Shown here: positions 1 through 9,916 of the stretch, piece by piece
Numbering within the stretch: the stretch's first letter is position 1
Layout of the letters: each line of letters opens with the position of its first letter
Source: Candidatus Latescibacterota bacterium
GTDB lineage: Bacteria > Latescibacterota > UBA2968 > UBA8231
Length of the DNA: 64,000 nt
Assembly (NCBI GenBank): GCA_965219385.1
Contig: CBDCNM010000002.1
Span: forward strand, 3,606,305-3,670,304
Direction of reading: 5' to 3'
Position numbers and translations under genes: made by a program
Notes under the pieces: generated by a model
Database searches by the model: none
Told to the model about the DNA's origin: nothing
The model's input: only the letters and a program-made list of their open reading frames with translations

Positions 1-510
1 GTGCGCACCGTGCGCTTACCTCTCAATAAGGTAAACCTGCTCAAGGACATCTCCAAGGCCTCGCATCGGCTGGGCCAGGGGCGCGAGGGAGGCGAACCCG
101 GGATGGAGGAAATCGCCGCGGAAATGAACGTGCCGGCCGAAGTGGTTACGGATGCCGTGCTCAGCGCCCGGCCGGTGAGTTCCCTGGACGATGTCTTCGA
201 AGACGACGACAAGCGCACCTTGTTGAGTCTGCTGGCCGACACCACCCAGGAGTCTCCGGACGCCGGTGTGATGCGCGACTCGGCTCGGGAGCAACTGGAG
301 AGCGTGCTCGATAGTCTGGAAGAACGCGAGCAGCGCATCATCCGCCTCTACTTTGGCCTGGACGGCAAGGAAGCCCTCACCCTGGAGGAGATCGGCACCC
401 TGATGGGCGTAACCCGCGAGCGGGTGCGCCAGATCAAAGAGCGGGCCCTGAGCAGACTCCGGCATCCGTCACGGCACGAGTGCCTGAAGTCCCTCGAAGA
501 AGAGGTCTGA
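1..510 (+). CDS. RpoD/SigA-family sigma-70 factor, C-terminal part (5' truncated by window edge)
   Basis: RTVRLP region 3 start; region 4 motif TLEEIGTLMGVTRERVRQIKERALSRLR. Confidence 0.9.
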   Translation: MRTVRLPLNKVNLLKDISKASHRLGQGREGGEPGMEEIAAEMNVPAEVVTDAVLSARPVSSLDDVFEDDDKRTLLSLLADTTQESPDAGVMRDSAREQLESVLDSLEEREQRIIRLYFGLDGKEALTLEEIGTLMGVTRERVRQIKERALSRLRHPSRHECLKSLEEEV

Positions 511-1054
511 GCAAGTCCCGGGCAGGTTAAAAACCCTCTCAACCCCCCCCGCCGGGCAATGCCCCACGATGGAACCTGACGAGCACCAGAACCCGGCGGT
601 TGATTATCATTATCACCACCTCCTTTAAATCGCGGTTTCTCGATTGTTCCTGGTTCTACCGGATTTTGAGTTGGATGGTGAATAAATGAATTCCAGCGAA
701 ACTCAAAAAACGATGCTCTCGTCCCGGAGTTCGGCCGCCTGTCACTACCTGGGCGGGTACGGCTGACTTCTCCAGAATCCTCGCAAGCCGCTAATTAAAG
801 AGTGATGAGTGATGTCCTCCGAAAGGTGCCTGGTATCCGCTGCCAGCCGGTTCAGCTGAAGGGTCGCTACAACACCCATGCGGCCCTCATCACTGTTCTG
901 ATGGCCGCCAGATCAAAAAGGTGGGCGCGTATTGAGAGCTTTTTTGAAGAGTGGATATTCAGCCACGACCTGTCCCCGCAGGAGGGTAAAAAACAAAAAG
1001 GGCACAATGCACAATAGATTTGCATCGCACCCTTTCTTTGCTATTGTCTTATGT

Positions 1055-1267
1055 TCAGGACAAAGCAACTACGTCTTGCGCCTGCGGTCCTTTTTGTCCC
1101 TGGACGACTTCAAATTCCACTGACTGCCCCTCGTCTAACGAGCGGTATCCCTCGCCGCGAACGGAACTGTAATGGACGAATACGTCGTCTCCGCCTTCGC
1201 GTGCGATGAAGCCAAAGCCTTTAGAACCATTGAACCACTTAACCGTGCCGGTCTCGCGCTCTGCCAT
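1055..1267 (-). CDS. Cold-shock protein (CspA family)
   Basis: [15 protein letters not shown]...DVFVHYS RNP1/RNP2 motifs, 70 aa. Confidence 0.96.
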   Translation of the reverse strand: MAERETGTVKWFNGSKGFGFIAREGGDDVFVHYSSVRGEGYRSLDEGQSVEFEVVQGQKGPQAQDVVALS

Positions 1268-1551
1268 GGTAGATCACCCCCTTTCTATAGTGGATTGAGT
1301 TGGAAAGAGCGTTCCAAACCGGCCTCAGGTAGCGATCTACTTGCGTACAGATTAGAACGACTGCCAACAACAATGCGCCGATACTTCGACGCATCGGATT
1401 AAATATAAAGAAAACAAAGGAAACCACAAGGGGCTTGTGTCGCCCGGATGTTCCGGAGGCTACGCCGTGAGGCAATTTGTCCTTGATGCCCCAGGGACAA
1501 AGACTCATCTTTTTGCGGAACAAAGGGTTAAATTCTCATCAGGAGGTGGTT

Positions 1552-2328
1552 ATGACAGTGCACAACCTGGCCGGGTTGCTGGATCTCAGCGGCCAGGTCG
1601 CCCTGATCACCGGGGCCAGCCGGGGCATTGGCCGGGCCCTGGCCGAGGTTTTCGGCCAGGGCGGAGCCCGGCTGGCCCTGATGGCCCGGACTCCGGCGCC
1701 GCTGGAAGAGCTGGCGGATCGTCTGAACGCGGCGCACGGAGAGGATAAAGCCCTGGCCCTGGCGGCCGACGTGGCGGACGAGAGTCAGGTCAACCTGGCG
1801 GTGGAGCAGACCCTCCAGAAGTGGGGCCGTGTGGATGTCCTGGTCAATAACGCCGGTCTGATCAGCCTCGGTTCGGGGCTGCGGATGGAACTGGCCGAGT
1901 GGGAGCGGATCATCGGCGCCAACCTGACCGGGGCCTTTTTGTGCAGCCGGGCGGTGGTTCCGGTGATGGAGCGCCAGCAGAGCGGCCGGATCATCAATAT
2001 CGCCTCGGTCGCGGCGCAGACAGGGGGGGTGGCCGGGGGACCTCACTACTCCAGTTCCAAGGGGGGCATGATTTCCATGACCAAGACCTTTGCGCGCGAT
2101 CTGGCCCCCTGCGGGGTTACGGTCAATGCCATTGCCCCGGGCCAGATCGACGCCGATCCCGACCTGCTCGCCCCCGAGGCGCGCGCCCGGGTCCTGGAGT
2201 TGATCCCTCTGGGCCGTCTGGGCGAGCCCGAGGAGATCGCCTATACCGCTCTTTTTTTGGCCTCGAAAATGGGAAGTTATATCACCGGTGCCACCATTGA
2301 TGTAAATGGCGGTTTATTAAAGCGTTAG
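1552..2328 (+). CDS. SDR family oxidoreductase (FabG-like)
   Basis: TGASRGIG, NNAG and YSSSK motifs; AGGAGG RBS before ATG 1552. Confidence 0.9.
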   Translation: MTVHNLAGLLDLSGQVALITGASRGIGRALAEVFGQGGARLALMARTPAPLEELADRLNAAHGEDKALALAADVADESQVNLAVEQTLQKWGRVDVLVNNAGLISLGSGLRMELAEWERIIGANLTGAFLCSRAVVPVMERQQSGRIINIASVAAQTGGVAGGPHYSSSKGGMISMTKTFARDLAPCGVTVNAIAPGQIDADPDLLAPEARARVLELIPLGRLGEPEEIAYTALFLASKMGSYITGATIDVNGGLLKR

Positions 2329-2336
2329 GAGAAAAT

Positions 2337-3398
2337 ATGAATCTATCTGGACGCGGCTGGGGGGGCGGCACTGCTCGAGCCAGGCCGGCTATAGAGCACG
2401 ATATCCGATACGGTTTCGGGTTGCTGCGGCGGGAGAGCGCCGGGTGGCCGCGCTATGCGGTGCTGTCCTCGCCGAGTGCCTACCGCACCGCGCAGCCGCA
2501 CCTGGCACAGCCGCCCGCGGGCGTGGCCCATGCCAGAGAGCTCGACTTCGGCTACCTGCGCCGGCTGTCAAACACCCTGCCCGACGATGCCGAGCTGGTG
2601 GTCGGCCTGGGGGGCGGCCTGGCCCTGGACGCGGCTAAGTACGTGGCGCTCGAAAAGGGATTACCGCTGGTGCTGGCGCCGACGATCGTATCCACGGGGG
2701 CCATCATCCACGGCGTGTTTGCCCGCTGGGAGGGCCGCAGGATCATCGGCTGGGGGGATGAATGGCCCTGGATCAACTTCGACCATATCCTGGTGGACTA
2801 CGAAGTGGCGCTGGAGGCGCCCTCTTACCTGCACACCGCCGGTCTGGGGGATATCCTCTGCGCTTATGCCGGGGTGGCGGAATGGCGCTGGCGGGCCGCG
2901 AATCGCGGCGGGCAGGCGGTCGAGGAAGAGGTGATTGCCGAGTTCGTCCGCTACCACGAGGAGATGGTGGCGGAATTTGAGGCTAGCCTGGACGCGGAGG
3001 GGCATTTGACCGCCGGCAGTATACACTGCATCATGCAGCGCCTGCAGGAGCGCGACAGCAGGAACCTGCCTCCGCCCGCGGCAAGCGGGGATCACCCCTT
3101 CCTGCACGCCCTGGAACTGGTGAACGACCAGAACTGGATTCACGGGGAGATCGTAGCGCTCGCGGCGCTGATCATCGTCTGGCACTGCGGCGACGACGAC
3201 GGGCTGGCCGCCCGGCTGGACCGGTGCCAGGTCCGCCGCCGGCCCACGCAGATGGGCCTGAGCCGGGAGGCCCTGCGCAAGGGGCTGGAGTTTGCGCCGG
3301 GCTACATGGAGGGGGGAGAGGTGGATTCGATCCTGCGCCACGATCCGGTCGTCGGGGAGCGCTTCGCGGCGTTGTGGGCGTTTCTGGAAGGGGGGTAG
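2337..3398 (+). CDS. Glycerol-1-phosphate/glycerol dehydrogenase-like metal-dependent dehydrogenase
   Basis: GLGGGLALDAAKY, PTIVSTGA, GLGD, SGDH and HGEIVA motifs of the DHQS/G1PDH/Fe-ADH superfamily. Confidence 0.75.
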   Translation: MNLSGRGWGGGTARARPAIEHDIRYGFGLLRRESAGWPRYAVLSSPSAYRTAQPHLAQPPAGVAHARELDFGYLRRLSNTLPDDAELVVGLGGGLALDAAKYVALEKGLPLVLAPTIVSTGAIIHGVFARWEGRRIIGWGDEWPWINFDHILVDYEVALEAPSYLHTAGLGDILCAYAGVAEWRWRAANRGGQAVEEEVIAEFVRYHEEMVAEFEASLDAEGHLTAGSIHCIMQRLQERDSRNLPPPAASGDHPFLHALELVNDQNWIHGEIVALAALIIVWHCGDDDGLAARLDRCQVRRRPTQMGLSREALRKGLEFAPGYMEGGEVDSILRHDPVVGERFAALWAFLEGG

Positions 3399-3640
3399 GC
3401 CAACCAGTCCATGCGAAAATTCCCTTCTGGGACCCGGGCGGAGAGGGCTGCAAGCGGGCGCAGCAACAGGGAGGGACGCTCAGTGCAACAGGGCCTCCGC
3501 TGATTCAGTAAAGTCGCCGACGATCACATCCGGCTGGTAGGAGGGCAGGTCCTCTCTGTGTTCCTTTCTCGGCTGCGCCCGTCCTGGCTCTAGAATGGAC
3601 GATGAGGTATACTTATAGATTCTGTCAGAGGAGGACGGAC

Positions 3641-3790
3641 ATGGCGGACCAGAGAGCGACCCTGGCCAGATACCTGGGCCTGGGGATCGCCGTCGGGATC
3701 GGGCTGGGCGCGGCACTGGATAATTACGGGGTAGGCGTAGGTATAGGCATCGTCATCGGTTTTGCTTTTTTCCACAAGCGCAGGTACTAA
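3641..3790 (+). CDS. Small glycine-rich membrane protein
   Basis: GAGGAGG RBS; two Gly-zipper hydrophobic segments (GLGIAVGIGLG, GVGVGIGIVIG). Confidence 0.65.
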   Translation: MADQRATLARYLGLGIAVGIGLGAALDNYGVGVGIGIVIGFAFFHKRRY

Positions 3791-3804
3791 GAAGGCTTCT
3801 AAAA

Positions 3805-3840
3805 AACGACGCGATGCACGGACTCGTACATCGCGTCGTT
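3805..3840. terminator. Intrinsic terminator between convergent genes
   Basis: Hairpin AACGACGCGATG...CATCGCGTCGTT with an A-run on the left (U-tail on the minus strand). Confidence 0.7.
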
Positions 3841-3867
3841 GTCCGGTTCGGCTCGGGCCAGGAGGAC

Positions 3868-4080
3868 TCAGGACAAAGCCACTACGTCCTGCGCTTGCGG
3901 CCCTTTCTGTCCCTGAACGACCTCGAATTCCACCTGCTGCCCCTCTTCCAGCGAACGATATCCCTCGCCGCGAATGGAGCTGAAGTGGACGAATACGTCG
4001 TCGCCGCTCTCGCGTACGATGAAGCCGAAGCCCTTGGCGTTGTCAAACCATTTGATCGTGCCGGTCTCACGCTCTGCCAT
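3868..4080 (-). CDS. Cold-shock protein (CspA family), second paralogue
   Basis: [21 protein letters not shown]...DVFVHFS; near-identical to 1055..1267. Confidence 0.95.
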   Translation of the reverse strand: MAERETGTIKWFDNAKGFGFIVRESGDDVFVHFSSIRGEGYRSLEEGQQVEFEVVQGQKGPQAQDVVALS

Positions 4081-4147
4081 GGCAAAAATCTCCCTTCTGT
4101 GGTGAATTTGGAGCGGTGTACTAAAAGTCCTTAGTACTTGCATCCGG

Positions 4148-4195
4148 AAACGAAACTATTAGTATAAATAAAAACGAAACTATTAGTATAAATAA
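4148..4195. repeat. 24-bp tandem duplication in the csp/CDF divergent promoter region
   Basis: AAACGAAACTATTAGTATAAATAA x2; contains TATACT on the minus strand. Confidence 0.9.
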
Positions 4196-4250
4196 AAATG
4201 GACAAAAAGTCACCCTGATTAATTTTCCCACCAGAATCCGGGTATCCGAT

Positions 4251-5255
4251 ATGGCACCTTCCGAGTCTTCACATCACGGCCACGATCACGGCCACAGCCA
4301 TGGCCACGGGGTCATCGACCCGTCAATCGCCACCACGGAGCGGGGCATCTGGGCCGTCAAGTGGTCCTTTGTCGGGCTGATGATGACCGCCCTCCTGCAG
4401 GCGTTCGTGGTCTGGCTCTCCGGCAGTGTGGCGCTGCTGGCGGATACCATCCACAACTTTGGGGATGCCTCTACCGCAATTCCTCTGTGGATCGCCTTTT
4501 CCCTGGCTCACCTGCGACCCAACAAGCGCTTCCCGTACGGCTATGGCCGGGTGGAGGATCTGGCCGGCGTGGCCGTGGTCCTCACCATCCTGTTCAGCGC
4601 CATCGTGGCCGGGTACGAATCCATCCAGCGCTTCTTCAATCCCCAGGAGGTGAGCTATCTCGGTGCCCTGGTGGCGGCCTCGGTGATCGGGTTCCTCGGC
4701 AACGAGTTGGTGGCCATCTTTCGCATAAGGGTAGGCAAGGAGATCAACAGTGTGGCGCTGGTGGCGGACGGGTACCACGCCCGGGTGGACGGCCTCACCA
4801 GCCTGGCGGTGCTCTTCGGGGCCGTGGGGATCTGGCTGGGCTACCCCCTGGCCGACCCGATCGCGGGCCTGCTCATCACCGCGGCAATCTTCAGGATTGT
4901 ATGGCAGTCCGCCCACTCCATCTTTGCGCGCATGCTCGACGGGGTGGAGCCAGAGGTGATCGATGAGATCAGGCACACGGCGCACCACATCCCCGGAGTG
5001 CGGGATATCGCGGAAGTGCGGGCGCGCTGGCTGGGGCACCGCCTGCACGCTGAAATCAACATCGCCGTGGACGCGGCACTGTCGGTGCAGGAGGGGCACG
5101 AAATCGCCGTGGAGTTGCGCCACCGGCTGTTGCACCAGCTGCACTCCCTCGCCCAGGCCACCATCCACATGGATCCGGTTCACGCCTCCGGGGAGGACCA
5201 CCACAGCATTGTCGAGCACGTCCACGACGGCCTCCCCGCACACTCGCATCGATAA
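4251..5255 (+). CDS. Cation diffusion facilitator (CDF) metal transporter
   Basis: His-rich termini; SVALLADTIHNFGD, FPYGYGRVE and ADGYHARVD motifs. Confidence 0.93.
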   Translation: MAPSESSHHGHDHGHSHGHGVIDPSIATTERGIWAVKWSFVGLMMTALLQAFVVWLSGSVALLADTIHNFGDASTAIPLWIAFSLAHLRPNKRFPYGYGRVEDLAGVAVVLTILFSAIVAGYESIQRFFNPQEVSYLGALVAASVIGFLGNELVAIFRIRVGKEINSVALVADGYHARVDGLTSLAVLFGAVGIWLGYPLADPIAGLLITAAIFRIVWQSAHSIFARMLDGVEPEVIDEIRHTAHHIPGVRDIAEVRARWLGHRLHAEINIAVDAALSVQEGHEIAVELRHRLLHQLHSLAQATIHMDPVHASGEDHHSIVEHVHDGLPAHSHR

Positions 5256-5273
5256 AAAGGGACGCAAATTCAC

Positions 5274-6071
5274 ATGCAACTCAAGGGTAAGACAGCCCTG
5301 GTCACGGGTGGAGCGCGGGGATTGGGGCGGGCCTATGTCCTGCACCTGGCCGGTCTGGGCGCGGATGTGGTAATCGACGACATTGACCTGAACGCCGCGC
5401 AGGAGTACGACGAGGAACTCGGCGCCGACACCCTCGTAGAGGAGGTAGAGGCCCTGGGCTGCCGGGCCCTGGGGATCGAGGCAGACGTGACCGACAAGGA
5501 GGCGGTCGAGGCCATGGTGGAGCGGACCCTGAGGGCGTTCGGGCGGCTGGACATCCTGGTGAACAATGCCGGCGGCAACCTGCGCTCCTACGAGGAGCAG
5601 TCCGCCTCGGGCACCTCCGAGAGCCACTTCCGCTACATCATGGACATCAATCTGACCGGGACCGTCTTTTGCTGCCAGGCCGCCAGCCGCCCCATGCGTG
5701 CGGCCGGCTCCGGCAAGATCGTCAACGTGGCTTCCCAGGCCGGGTTGTGGAACCCGGGCGACGGCGACGGCATGCCCTACAAGGTGGCCAAAGCCGGTAT
5801 AGTCCACTACACCCGGGTTCTGGCTGCGGAGCTGGGACCTGTCGGGGTGCAGGTAAACTGTATCGCACCGGGTCTGATCCTTTCGTCCCGGGCCATTGCC
5901 GAGGGGCGCAACGACGAGGAAGTCCGGACCGGGCTGGAGGCGCGAATCCCGCTGCGGCGTCTGGGAACCCCCCAGGATTGCGCCCGGGTGGTGGAATTCC
6001 TGGTCACCGAGCAGTCCGATTATGTGACCGGGCAGTGCATTCCGGTCTGCGGTGGCCTGGTGGCGTTTTGA
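5274..6071 (+). CDS. SDR family oxidoreductase
   Basis: TGGARGLG, NNAG and YKVAK motifs. Confidence 0.9.
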   Translation: MQLKGKTALVTGGARGLGRAYVLHLAGLGADVVIDDIDLNAAQEYDEELGADTLVEEVEALGCRALGIEADVTDKEAVEAMVERTLRAFGRLDILVNNAGGNLRSYEEQSASGTSESHFRYIMDINLTGTVFCCQAASRPMRAAGSGKIVNVASQAGLWNPGDGDGMPYKVAKAGIVHYTRVLAAELGPVGVQVNCIAPGLILSSRAIAEGRNDEEVRTGLEARIPLRRLGTPQDCARVVEFLVTEQSDYVTGQCIPVCGGLVAF

Positions 6072-6175
6072 AGATTCCCAGAAGCCGTCTCAAAACCCCC
6101 GGCGGCCTTCGGGGAGGATTTTGAAGGCATCGGGCGGCTCAACCTCGTGGATTTTCTGCTGGAGGAGGCAGGAGC

Positions 6176-7291
6176 ATGGCGATGATCTACGACGGACACG
6201 CATATTGCACTCCCCCCCCCAGCGCGCACGGGGGATTCGAAGACCCGGAGGAATTCTGGCGCCACCTGCAGTTATTCATGGCCTTTGCCCGCATGCAGCC
6301 GTGCTGGCGCCAGCGCGACCGGACGCCGGCGGATATCAGCGGGCTGGTCGACCGGGCGCGTCCGTGGAGCTTTGAGAGTCTCAAAGAGGCCGGCTTCCGG
6401 ACCGGGCCGCACGGCCGGGTCGAGTGGACCGTGGATGGGGAGGACTATGTCAAACAGGCGCTGCCGCCCTGGATCGTGGAGTTTGCCTATCCCCCCGAGA
6501 GCCTGGTGGCCGAGATGGACTACGCCGGCGTGGACCGGGCTCTGCTGCACCGGACGCCCTATATGGGGCTCTCCAACGAGTACATCGCCGACTGCGTGCG
6601 GCGCTTTCCGGACCGCCTCCAGGGCCTGGCTTATATCGAGGAGTGGCGCATCGAGCCGGAAACAGAGACCTCGATCCGCAAACTGGAGCGGGCCATCAAA
6701 GAGCTGAGGCTCTCCGGTCTGCAGTTTCTGCCGTTTCACCGGCGGCTCTACGGACAGGAAGAAAAGTGGGACGGGCCGGGGTTCCGTCCCTTCTGGGATG
6801 CGGTGGCCGAATTGAAGATCCCGGTGTTCTTCACGCTCGGAGGGGACGCCTCGCTGGAGGCCTACCTGGACAAATTGCGCGCTCTGCGGCGCTGGATGGA
6901 GCGCTATCCCGCCGTCAAGGTCGTCCACACCCACGGGTTCAACTGGCGGCTCTTTGCCGACGAGGAGACCCTGCACGTGCCCGATGTGGTCTACGAGACG
7001 GCGCCCATCGACCATCCCAACTTCTACATCCAGCTCCTCTTCGCGGTGTTTCTCCAGTCGCGCTGGGACTACCCCATGCCGCAGATGCGGCCAACGCTGG
7101 AGAAGATGGTAGAGCGCATCGGCGCCAGGCGGCTGATGTGGGGCACAGACATACCCGTCGTGCTGCTCCACTGGACCTACCGCCAGAGTCTGGACTATAT
7201 TCGCCGCTACTGCGACTTCATCACCCAGGACGAGATGGATCTCATCCTGGGCGGCAACATGGCCCGTTTCATGGGGCTTGAAGGGGGTTGA
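6176..7291 (+). CDS. Amidohydrolase family protein (amidohydro_2-like)
   Basis: N-terminal DGHAY, AEMDYAGVDRA and LMWGTDIP motifs. Confidence 0.85.
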   Translation: MAMIYDGHAYCTPPPSAHGGFEDPEEFWRHLQLFMAFARMQPCWRQRDRTPADISGLVDRARPWSFESLKEAGFRTGPHGRVEWTVDGEDYVKQALPPWIVEFAYPPESLVAEMDYAGVDRALLHRTPYMGLSNEYIADCVRRFPDRLQGLAYIEEWRIEPETETSIRKLERAIKELRLSGLQFLPFHRRLYGQEEKWDGPGFRPFWDAVAELKIPVFFTLGGDASLEAYLDKLRALRRWMERYPAVKVVHTHGFNWRLFADEETLHVPDVVYETAPIDHPNFYIQLLFAVFLQSRWDYPMPQMRPTLEKMVERIGARRLMWGTDIPVVLLHWTYRQSLDYIRRYCDFITQDEMDLILGGNMARFMGLEGG

Positions 7292-7292
7292 A

Positions 7293-8876
7293 CTAGCGGA
7301 TGCACGAGGCCGGATTCCGCTGGCGAACGAGATCGGCTAGGCGTTCTCCAATGACCATGGAAGTCACGTTGGTGTTGGCGCGGACGCAGTCCGGCATGAT
7401 CGAAGCGTCGGCCACCCGCAACCCCTCGATGCCGTGGACTTTGCCACACTGATCAACCACGGCCATCGGGTCCGAGTCGGGACCCATTTTGCAGGTTGAC
7501 GAGACGTGGTGGCTGGTGGTGATTGCGCCCATCATCCACGCGTCCAGGTCTTCGTCCGTTGCCAGGTCTTCGTCCGTCGGATCCAGGCGTTCGTCGATGA
7601 GTTCAGCCAGGGCTTGGTGGCCGATCAAATCGATGCTTAGGCGCACGGCCTCGCGCAAGCGCTCGCGGTCAAAGGACTTCGCCAGGTAGTTGTAGTCCAG
7701 CGCAGGCTGTTGGTGGGGGTCGGAGGAGGTGAGCTTGATTTGGCCGGCGCTGGCGGCCAGGTATATACAGGGCACCAGGTAAAATCCCAAAGGCCTGGAG
7801 TCGGATGGCACATAATACCCCTCCTCGGTGGCAAAAGACCCCGGCAGAATAAACATGTCGTTGCGCAGGTCGGAACCTTGCGCTGTGTAGCGGAGCCCGA
7901 CCTGTAGTCGGGGTTCCGTCCCAGTGGGCATGAATGCGTCCTTCATCCTCAAAGTCATCGGCACTTGCGGATGATCTCTCAGGTTCTGCCCGACGCCCGG
8001 CAGGTCGTGGCTCACGGGAATGCCCTTTTCTTTGAGATGATCGGCTGGGCCGATGCCCGAAAGCATGAGGATATGAGGTGAGTTGATGGCTCCGCCGCAC
8101 AGAAAAATCTCCTCTCCGTAGATATTGGAGATCTCACCGCCGCTCTCCACCTGGACGCCGCCGGCCCGACTGCCTTCGAGAAGGACGCGGTGTACCAGAC
8201 AATCCGCTTTGATCGTCAGGTTCGAGCGCTGGCGGGCATGGCTCAGGTAGCCGATCGCCGAACTCTGGCGGATGCCGTCCGGGTTGTTGAAGGCCAGCGG
8301 ACCGACCCCGGTAGAGTCGGGATCGTTGTGGTCGGGACAGTCCGGATAACCGGCGGCGCGACAGGCCTCGTAGAAGGCTCTGTGTTCGGGGTTCAACTCG
8401 TCATCTTGGAAACGCCGGATGGGGATGGGCCCGGCCGCGCCGTGGAAAGCAGCGTCGAAGTCGGGGTCGGCCTCGTTTTTGCAAAAGTAAGGGAGCAACT
8501 CCCGATAGCTCCACTTGTCGTTGCCTTGGGAAGCCCAGGTATCGTAGTCTTCGGGGACCCCGCGGAGAAAAATCTGCGCGTTTACCGCACTCGAGCCGCC
8601 GACGATCTTACCCCGGGGAACGAACATGGCGGGTTTGCTGGCGGTGGCCCTGGCCACGTAACCCCAGCCGAATTGCGTCCCTCGACCGAAAGCCCGCGCC
8701 CAGATGTTGCGGTCCCGGCCGTAGCCGAACTTGATTTCCTCGGGGAGTTGCTCGAACTGGGGGAAGTCCGGCCCCGCCTCCAGGAGCAAAACGGACCGAT
8801 CCGGATCCTCGGTGAGCCGGGTTGCGAGGATGGCCCCGGCCGCGCCCGCGCCCACAATGATTATGTCGTATTTCAT
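7293..8876 (-). CDS. GMC family FAD oxidoreductase (choline dehydrogenase-like)
   Basis: GAGAAG FAD motif; RGKIVGGSSAVN, GVGQNLRDHP, GLRVADASIMP and NTN motifs. Confidence 0.93.
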   Translation of the reverse strand: MKYDIIIVGAGAAGAILATRLTEDPDRSVLLLEAGPDFPQFEQLPEEIKFGYGRDRNIWARAFGRGTQFGWGYVARATASKPAMFVPRGKIVGGSSAVNAQIFLRGVPEDYDTWASQGNDKWSYRELLPYFCKNEADPDFDAAFHGAAGPIPIRRFQDDELNPEHRAFYEACRAAGYPDCPDHNDPDSTGVGPLAFNNPDGIRQSSAIGYLSHARQRSNLTIKADCLVHRVLLEGSRAGGVQVESGGEISNIYGEEIFLCGGAINSPHILMLSGIGPADHLKEKGIPVSHDLPGVGQNLRDHPQVPMTLRMKDAFMPTGTEPRLQVGLRYTAQGSDLRNDMFILPGSFATEEGYYVPSDSRPLGFYLVPCIYLAASAGQIKLTSSDPHQQPALDYNYLAKSFDRERLREAVRLSIDLIGHQALAELIDERLDPTDEDLATDEDLDAWMMGAITTSHHVSSTCKMGPDSDPMAVVDQCGKVHGIEGLRVADASIMPDCVRANTNVTSMVIGERLADLVRQRNPASCIR

Positions 8877-9152
8877 CTACTTGACCTCCGCGTCGAGCAC
8901 ATTGATTGACCTCCGAGCACTGAAGATATGCAGGAATCTATCCAATCGCAATACAGGGAAAAGAGCCCGGTCTTCGCCGCCCCTGGCAATGGACCTTTTC
9001 AGCACCCTGTCGTCTGGGGTTGACTTGACCGGCGGTGGTGAATTATTTTTGCATTTTAAGCGAGGGAGAAGACTCTATGGTGAGACTATCGACTGGGGCT
9101 GATAACGCCGCTCTACCCGTGGTTGCATCACAGCCTCCAAGGCGAGAATAGA

Positions 9153-9911
9153 ATGCTAAAAGGTCGCATTACCCTGCTCATCATCCCTCAGGAAGAAGGC
9201 AAGACCTTCGAGTTGAAGATACCCCGGGTAGTGGTGGGATTCCTTGCATTGCTCGGTGTGCTGGTCCTGGGCTTGCTGGTTCTGGGGGGCTATGCTCATA
9301 CCCGGGCAAGTGCGCTCGGAGAGCAGGTGGCTCGCCTGGAAAGGGAAAAATTCTGGCTCGAAGAAGAAGTGGGGCGGATCGAGGAGCTCGAGCAGGTCCT
9401 CCTGCGTTTGCAGAGGAGCAATCGCCAGCTGCACATCATCCTGGGAGAGTCAATGGGACTGGAGTCCGGGGAGGATCCTGTCCGCGGTCCTGCCGCCCGT
9501 GAACACTATATTTCTTCGGTCGAGCGCCTGCGCTGGGGGAGCATTCGTTCCCTTCCCACCCTGTGGCCGGTGCAGGGAGTGGTGAAGCGCGAATTCAGTG
9601 CGGAATTTCCCGGCGTGGTCATCGCCACGCCGCACCGCAGTCTGGTGCGGGCGAGTGGTTCCGGATGGGTGGTGCAATCCGGATTTGAGGTAGAGCTGGG
9701 TTATGTGGTGACCCTCGATCACGACAATGGCATCACCAGTCAATACGGTTACACCGCGGCCCTGCTGGCAAAGGTGGGCGACTACGTGAGGAAGGGACAG
9801 CCCATTGCCCTGTCGGGCCGCTCCGGAGCCGCTGTTTCCCCTGCCCTGTACTACGCTGTCCGCGAAAACGGAGAGGCCCGGAACCCCCGGATTTACAGGC
9901 TGTGGTTGTGA
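9153..9911 (+). CDS. M23/LytM-domain membrane protein with coiled coil, zinc ligands apparently lost
   Basis: N-terminal TM helix, coiled coil, PTLWPVQG and VGDYVRKGQPIALSGRSG; no HxxxD or HxH. Confidence 0.8.
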   Translation: MLKGRITLLIIPQEEGKTFELKIPRVVVGFLALLGVLVLGLLVLGGYAHTRASALGEQVARLEREKFWLEEEVGRIEELEQVLLRLQRSNRQLHIILGESMGLESGEDPVRGPAAREHYISSVERLRWGSIRSLPTLWPVQGVVKREFSAEFPGVVIATPHRSLVRASGSGWVVQSGFEVELGYVVTLDHDNGITSQYGYTAALLAKVGDYVRKGQPIALSGRSGAAVSPALYYAVRENGEARNPRIYRLWL

Positions 9912-9916
9912 CAGAG

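Noticed and set aside
802..1017. 71-aa plus-strand ORF
   Set aside because: No recognisable motif or strong RBS, and it runs into the csp terminator region
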